Positions 24,866 through 27,591 of a DNA stretch of 27,591 bases are shown here, piece after piece. Below the pieces are notes generated by a model. That model ran no database searches. It was not told the DNA's origin and saw only the letters and a program-made list of their open reading frames with translations. The stretch is from IMG/VR virus record IMGVR_UViG_3300020400_000029, positions 1-27,591 of that record. One strand, 5' to 3'. A program made the translations under genes and the position numbers. Positions within the stretch are counted from its first letter, which is position 1. Each line of letters starts with the position of its first letter. Origin of the DNA: a virus. Lineage: Duplodnaviria > Caudoviricetes.

Positions 24866-26453
24866 TTGAAGTATCAAATATCAAAGTATTTTCAATTATT
24901 GATTTTATTATCAGTCTGCCAGTCAATTCTATAAATTGAGGTACAACTGCATTTCCCAAAGCTTTCAATCTATCGATATCATTTTCTTGTCTAGTTCTGA
25001 CTCTTGATATATCTTCCTCCCAGATATTAGAAGTACCCCAAGGATTACTCATTCCAAGTTCAGCCACCCATCTGGGAAGCCCATAAGTCTGTTCACCCAT
25101 TCTGGATTCAGTCTTTGACCAATCAACTCTGGATTCCGTTCCCCAACATCCATCTCCAGAGTAGATCCGTGAGATCCACTCGCTGCCGATGGTGCTTTCT
25201 TGTTCACTGGTTTTGTGGCTTGACTTGCTCTTGGTGTTGACCAGTTCTCTTTCGCAGATAATTGTCTTACTTGAACTTTGTCCGCTAGATTTAGACTGTG
25301 ACTCGTTTTTCCGTCTTTTGATAGTCTTCTTCCCTTTTCGTTTATCTTCATCTTCGTGTGCTCTGTGTCCTGAGTCGTTGGTGTTGGCCAATCTTCCTTC
25401 TGCTGCCACTCTATCACTTCTACTGTCGTCATTTCTTTTTCGAACTTCAGATCCTTGAGATGTGGTTTGATCTTGCTCCAATCCTCTAGACTTGGATAGC
25501 TGAACCCCTGCTTGTCCTTCCTGAACCAGTGATCCACTGTTGTTTTCTTTATCCCTGTTAGTTTGTGTAATTCTGTTGCTGTCGTTTGACTTCTCAGATA
25601 TTCCACCCAGTCCTCTTGTTTCGGAAGTAGTGGTCTGTTTACCATCTCGTGATCCTGGTACAACTCCATTATTGTTGGATCCTGTTCTATCATATCCATC
25701 CACACTTGATCCGATAATGTTCTTTGTACTCTGTGTCCTGTTGATCTTATTGTTTTCCCCTGCATCAATTTCGTTGCGTGTTTCAAGGAATCGTCCTTCT
25801 TGTCCATCGTTGTCGGAGTCAACCAGAGTTTCGGATTCTCTCTTAAGTTGCCAGTACCTTTTCTTTTGCTCTTCCTCTCTGGATCTCCACGATACAACGC
25901 TCTCTCCAAAGCTTCCCCTGATCTTGGTTCTAAGTAGTCCATAGTGTTCGGTGTCTCCCACGATTCCAACTCCCACCCATCTTTGTCTTTTGTGCCTTGC
26001 TCCAACGAACTTTGCTGATATAAGTTGCCATTCAAATCGATAATACCGCATTTCGGCCACACCTTTGAGGACACGGTTAATGGCTTCTCCGTCACTTGCT
26101 CTGAGGATGTTTGGCACATTTTCCAAGACGAAGATTGGTGGTCGTATCTCATTAATAAATCTTTCAACTTCGTCCCATAACCATCTTTCATCTTTTATTC
26201 CTTTCTGATTTCCTGCAACACTTACTGGTTGACAAGGAAACCCTGCTGATATTATGTCTACTTCTGGAAGATACTTTGTATTAATATCTTCTACTTTTTT
26301 ATTTAAAACTAAAGAATTAGGAAATCTTTGCTTTATGATTTCTGTACAGAATTCATCGGTATCAATTTGCCAAGCAACATCAGAAACCAAACCAGATCTC
26401 ATCAAACCTAGTTCGATTCCACCAATTCCTGAAAACATACTTCCTAATTTCAA
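24843..26453 (-). CDS. C5 cytosine DNA methyltransferase, alpha chain (motifs I-VIII and X)
   Basis: MFSGIGG (I), GFPCQ (IV), LENV (VI), ARHKRQRW (VIII), RLKALGNAVVPQ (X). A ~320-aa low-complexity linker occupies the place of the TRD and motif IX. Confidence 0.9.
   Translation of the reverse strand: MKLGSMFSGIGGIELGLMRSGLVSDVAWQIDTDEFCTEIIKQRFPNSLVLNKKVEDINTKYLPEVDIISAGFPCQPVSVAGNQKGIKDERWLWDEVERFINEIRPPIFVLENVPNILRASDGEAINRVLKGVAEMRYYRFEWQLISAKFVGARHKRQRWVGVGIVGDTEHYGLLRTKIRGSFGESVVSWRSREEEQKKRYWQLKRESETLVDSDNDGQEGRFLETRNEIDAGENNKINRTQSTKNIIGSSVDGYDRTGSNNNGVVPGSRDGKQTTTSETRGLGGISEKSNDSNRITQTNRDKENNSGSLVQEGQAGVQLSKSRGLEQDQTTSQGSEVRKRNDDSRSDRVAAEGRLANTNDSGHRAHEDEDKRKGKKTIKRRKNESQSKSSGQSSSKTIICERELVNTKSKSSHKTSEQESTIGSEWISRIYSGDGCWGTESRVDWSKTESRMGEQTYGLPRWVAELGMSNPWGTSNIWEEDISRVRTRQENDIDRLKALGNAVVPQFIELTGRLIIKSIIENTLIFDTSITEDPHL
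25049..26191 (-). CDS. Nested +1-frame methyltransferase beta chain (TRD-like repeats, HTH insert, motif IX)
   Basis: 380 aa, entirely inside the alpha gene. AAGGA 7 nt upstream of the ATG. Ends RLNPEWVNRLMGFPDGW, which is motif IX. Confidence 0.85.
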   Translation of the reverse strand: MKDGYGTKLKDLLMRYDHQSSSWKMCQTSSEQVTEKPLTVSSKVWPKCGIIDLNGNLYQQSSLEQGTKDKDGWELESWETPNTMDYLEPRSGEALERALYRGDPERKSKRKGTGNLRENPKLWLTPTTMDKKDDSLKHATKLMQGKTIRSTGHRVQRTLSDQVWMDMIEQDPTIMELYQDHEMVNRPLLPKQEDWVEYLRSQTTATELHKLTGIKKTTVDHWFRKDKQGFSYPSLEDWSKIKPHLKDLKFEKEMTTVEVIEWQQKEDWPTPTTQDTEHTKMKINEKGRRLSKDGKTSHSLNLADKVQVRQLSAKENWSTPRASQATKPVNKKAPSAASGSHGSTLEMDVGERNPELIGQRLNPEWVNRLMGFPDGWLNLE

Positions 26454-26635
26454 TCGTCACCTGGAAAGTTAGGATTACCATTGTAAGGTTCGTCATATCT
26501 AGATTCGTAAAGATCCTCCATAGTCATGTATATTTGCTTTGAAGTTTCTATTGCTATTATGATTCCTTTTTTGATAAACCAGTTGTAAGGTGCTGAAAAA
26601 ATTCTTTGTTCCCATTCTCCAAATTTTTTCCACAT
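26450..26635 (-). CDS. Hypothetical protein
   Basis: 61 aa. Its stop overlaps the TTG start of the methyltransferase. Confidence 0.6.
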   Translation of the reverse strand: MWKKFGEWEQRIFSAPYNWFIKKGIIIAIETSKQIYMTMEDLYESRYDEPYNGNPNFPGDD

Positions 26636-26636
26636 T

Positions 26637-26864
26637 TTATGAAGCCCAATCTTTTTCGTAACATTTATGTTTTCTTTTTGTTAGTCCACAATCACAATCA
26701 TAAGTATAAATGATAAAATTTTCTTTAGATCTAAGTGCAACAATAATTTTTCTTAAACTTGGCGTGTTTATTCCATATTGACAAACAGAATAATCATCAT
26801 CAAGCAGATTTTTAACAATTTGATATTTACTTTTTTCTATAACAGATCCCAAAGGTCTTGCCAT
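26637..26864 (-). CDS. Hypothetical protein with CDC..HKC motif
   Basis: 75 aa, RBS GGGGAG, promoter upstream. Confidence 0.7.
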   Translation of the reverse strand: MARPLGSVIEKSKYQIVKNLLDDDYSVCQYGINTPSLRKIIVALRSKENFIIYTYDCDCGLTKRKHKCYEKDWAS

Positions 26865-26884
26865 AATATTATCTCCCCTGATTA

Positions 26885-26913
26885 AGTTTACAATAAGTTT
26901 GCATTTATGTTAA
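26885..26913 (-). promoter_or_regulatory. Sigma70/SigA-type promoter for the methyltransferase operon
   Basis: TTAACA-N17-TAAACT. Confidence 0.55.
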
Positions 26914-26932
26914 CAGTTGCTAAAATTAATGT

Positions 26933-27036
26933 ATATCTAAGCAGTCCTTCTTCGATCTTTCTAGATCAAAGGACGACTCCTTTTGATTGTCAATACATAA
27001 AAGTAAACCCCTACTAGCGATAGCAGGGGTTTCTTT
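26933..27036 (+). ncRNA. Candidate sRNA 1
   Basis: TGcTAAAAT at 26918-26926, hairpin 26944-26974, linker GACTCCTTTT, terminator 27005-27036. No credible ORF. Confidence 0.5.
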
Positions 27037-27040
27037 ATGT
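26995..27040. terminator. Bidirectional intrinsic terminator
   Basis: AAACCCCT-ACTA-GCGA-TAGC-AGGGGTTT with T-rich tails on both strands. Confidence 0.8.
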
Positions 27041-27089
27041 TCAAGCAAATCAAGGAATTTATATTTGAACAAGTTCTATTTTAAGATTA

Positions 27090-27590
27090 CTAGGAACTGT
27101 ATCTTATTTCAACAGTTATTACTTCTTCTTCTTTACCATCTGATAATTTATTCTTTTCTCTTTTACCCCATTCTTCAGGGTTTGATCGTTCTAAGAACCA
27201 AGCAGATGCTTGCCATATACCATTATTGGCTGCTTTTGTTATAACTCCAAGGTGACTTGCTTCGCCTTCAACTTGTGCTTTTTTTATAGTGTCCCAAAAG
27301 TCCCATAAATCCAAATCATCGACATTTTTTATACTATCTCTATCACCATCACAGGCTTCATCTATCTTGTTATATCTATCTTGCCACCTATAAAATGTTG
27401 ATCTAGAAATACCAGAGTAAGTTACAGCTTTTTTTATTGACATTCCAAGCTTCAAAGCAGTTTCAAGTCTTTTTAGCGTAGATGGATCTAATTTAGAAGG
27501 TCTTCCTAAAGGTTTCTTCTCTCCAACTATTTCTATTTCCTCTTCTCTTACTTCCAAACTCTCGTCAACAAGTATCTCTTCACTATCTAA
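27090..27590 (-). CDS. HTH DNA-binding protein, probable terminase small subunit (5'-partial)
   Basis: GRPSKL..GMSIKKAVTYSGISRSTFYRW..WQASAWFLERSNPEEWGK. The frame stays open to the window edge. Confidence 0.7.
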   Translation of the reverse strand, partial: LDSEEILVDESLEVREEEIEIVGEKKPLGRPSKLDPSTLKRLETALKLGMSIKKAVTYSGISRSTFYRWQDRYNKIDEACDGDRDSIKNVDDLDLWDFWDTIKKAQVEGEASHLGVITKAANNGIWQASAWFLERSNPEEWGKREKNKLSDGKEEEVITVEIRYSS

Positions 27591-27591
27591 T

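Noticed and set aside
25189-25944. Plus-strand ORFs within the methyltransferase overlap, as a possible third coding layer
   Set aside because: They are Leu/Ser-rich shadows, expected where stops are depleted and GC is higher.
24843-26453. Methyltransferase as a frameshifted pseudogene or intein/intron-containing gene
   Set aside because: Both frames are uninterrupted and carry complementary motifs. No intein termini or homing endonuclease motifs were seen.
23853-27040. tRNA genes in the structured intergenic regions
   Set aside because: No cloverleaf or T-loop consensus was found by eye.
26987-27244. 85-aa plus-strand ORF
   Set aside because: It has a weak start, crosses a terminator and is antisense to the HTH gene.
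1-27591. Depletion or enrichment of particular 4-mers as a clue to the methyltransferase target
   Set aside because: GATC and AGCT look common and CCGG looks rare, but this cannot be quantified by eye. It needs a Markov-corrected k-mer count.

Overview
A 27.6 kb, AT-rich (roughly 30-33% GC by eye) segment of a tailed dsDNA phage with siphovirus-type organisation, encoded almost entirely on the minus strand. Read right to left: small-terminase-like HTH protein (5'-partial), small ORFs, a C5 cytosine methyltransferase with a second 380-aa gene nested inside it in the +1 frame, a repeat/palindrome-rich non-coding region, thioredoxin, an LmbU-like/degenerate methyltransferase protein, large terminase, extended portal, extended HK97-type prohead protease, major capsid, head-tail connector, an inserted WhiB cassette, neck and terminator proteins, major tail, tail chaperones with a CCCAAAA -1 frameshift, tape measure, distal tail, a His-rich tail fibre with an S74 chaperone domain, and a 3'-partial DUF6065-like gene. 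WhiB plus low GC suggests a low-GC actinobacterial host such as marine Ca. Actinomarina (inference). The most notable items are (1) the dual-coded two-chain methyltransferase, whose nested chain has four tandem W-x-T-P modules and an HTH insert, (2) two candidate sRNAs sharing a hairpin / anti-SD / terminator layout, (3) portal and protease polyproteins punctuated by E-x-K motifs, (4) several small ORFs missed by the ORF track, and (5) a candidate stand-alone replication origin. All family assignments come from motif recognition; no searches were run.
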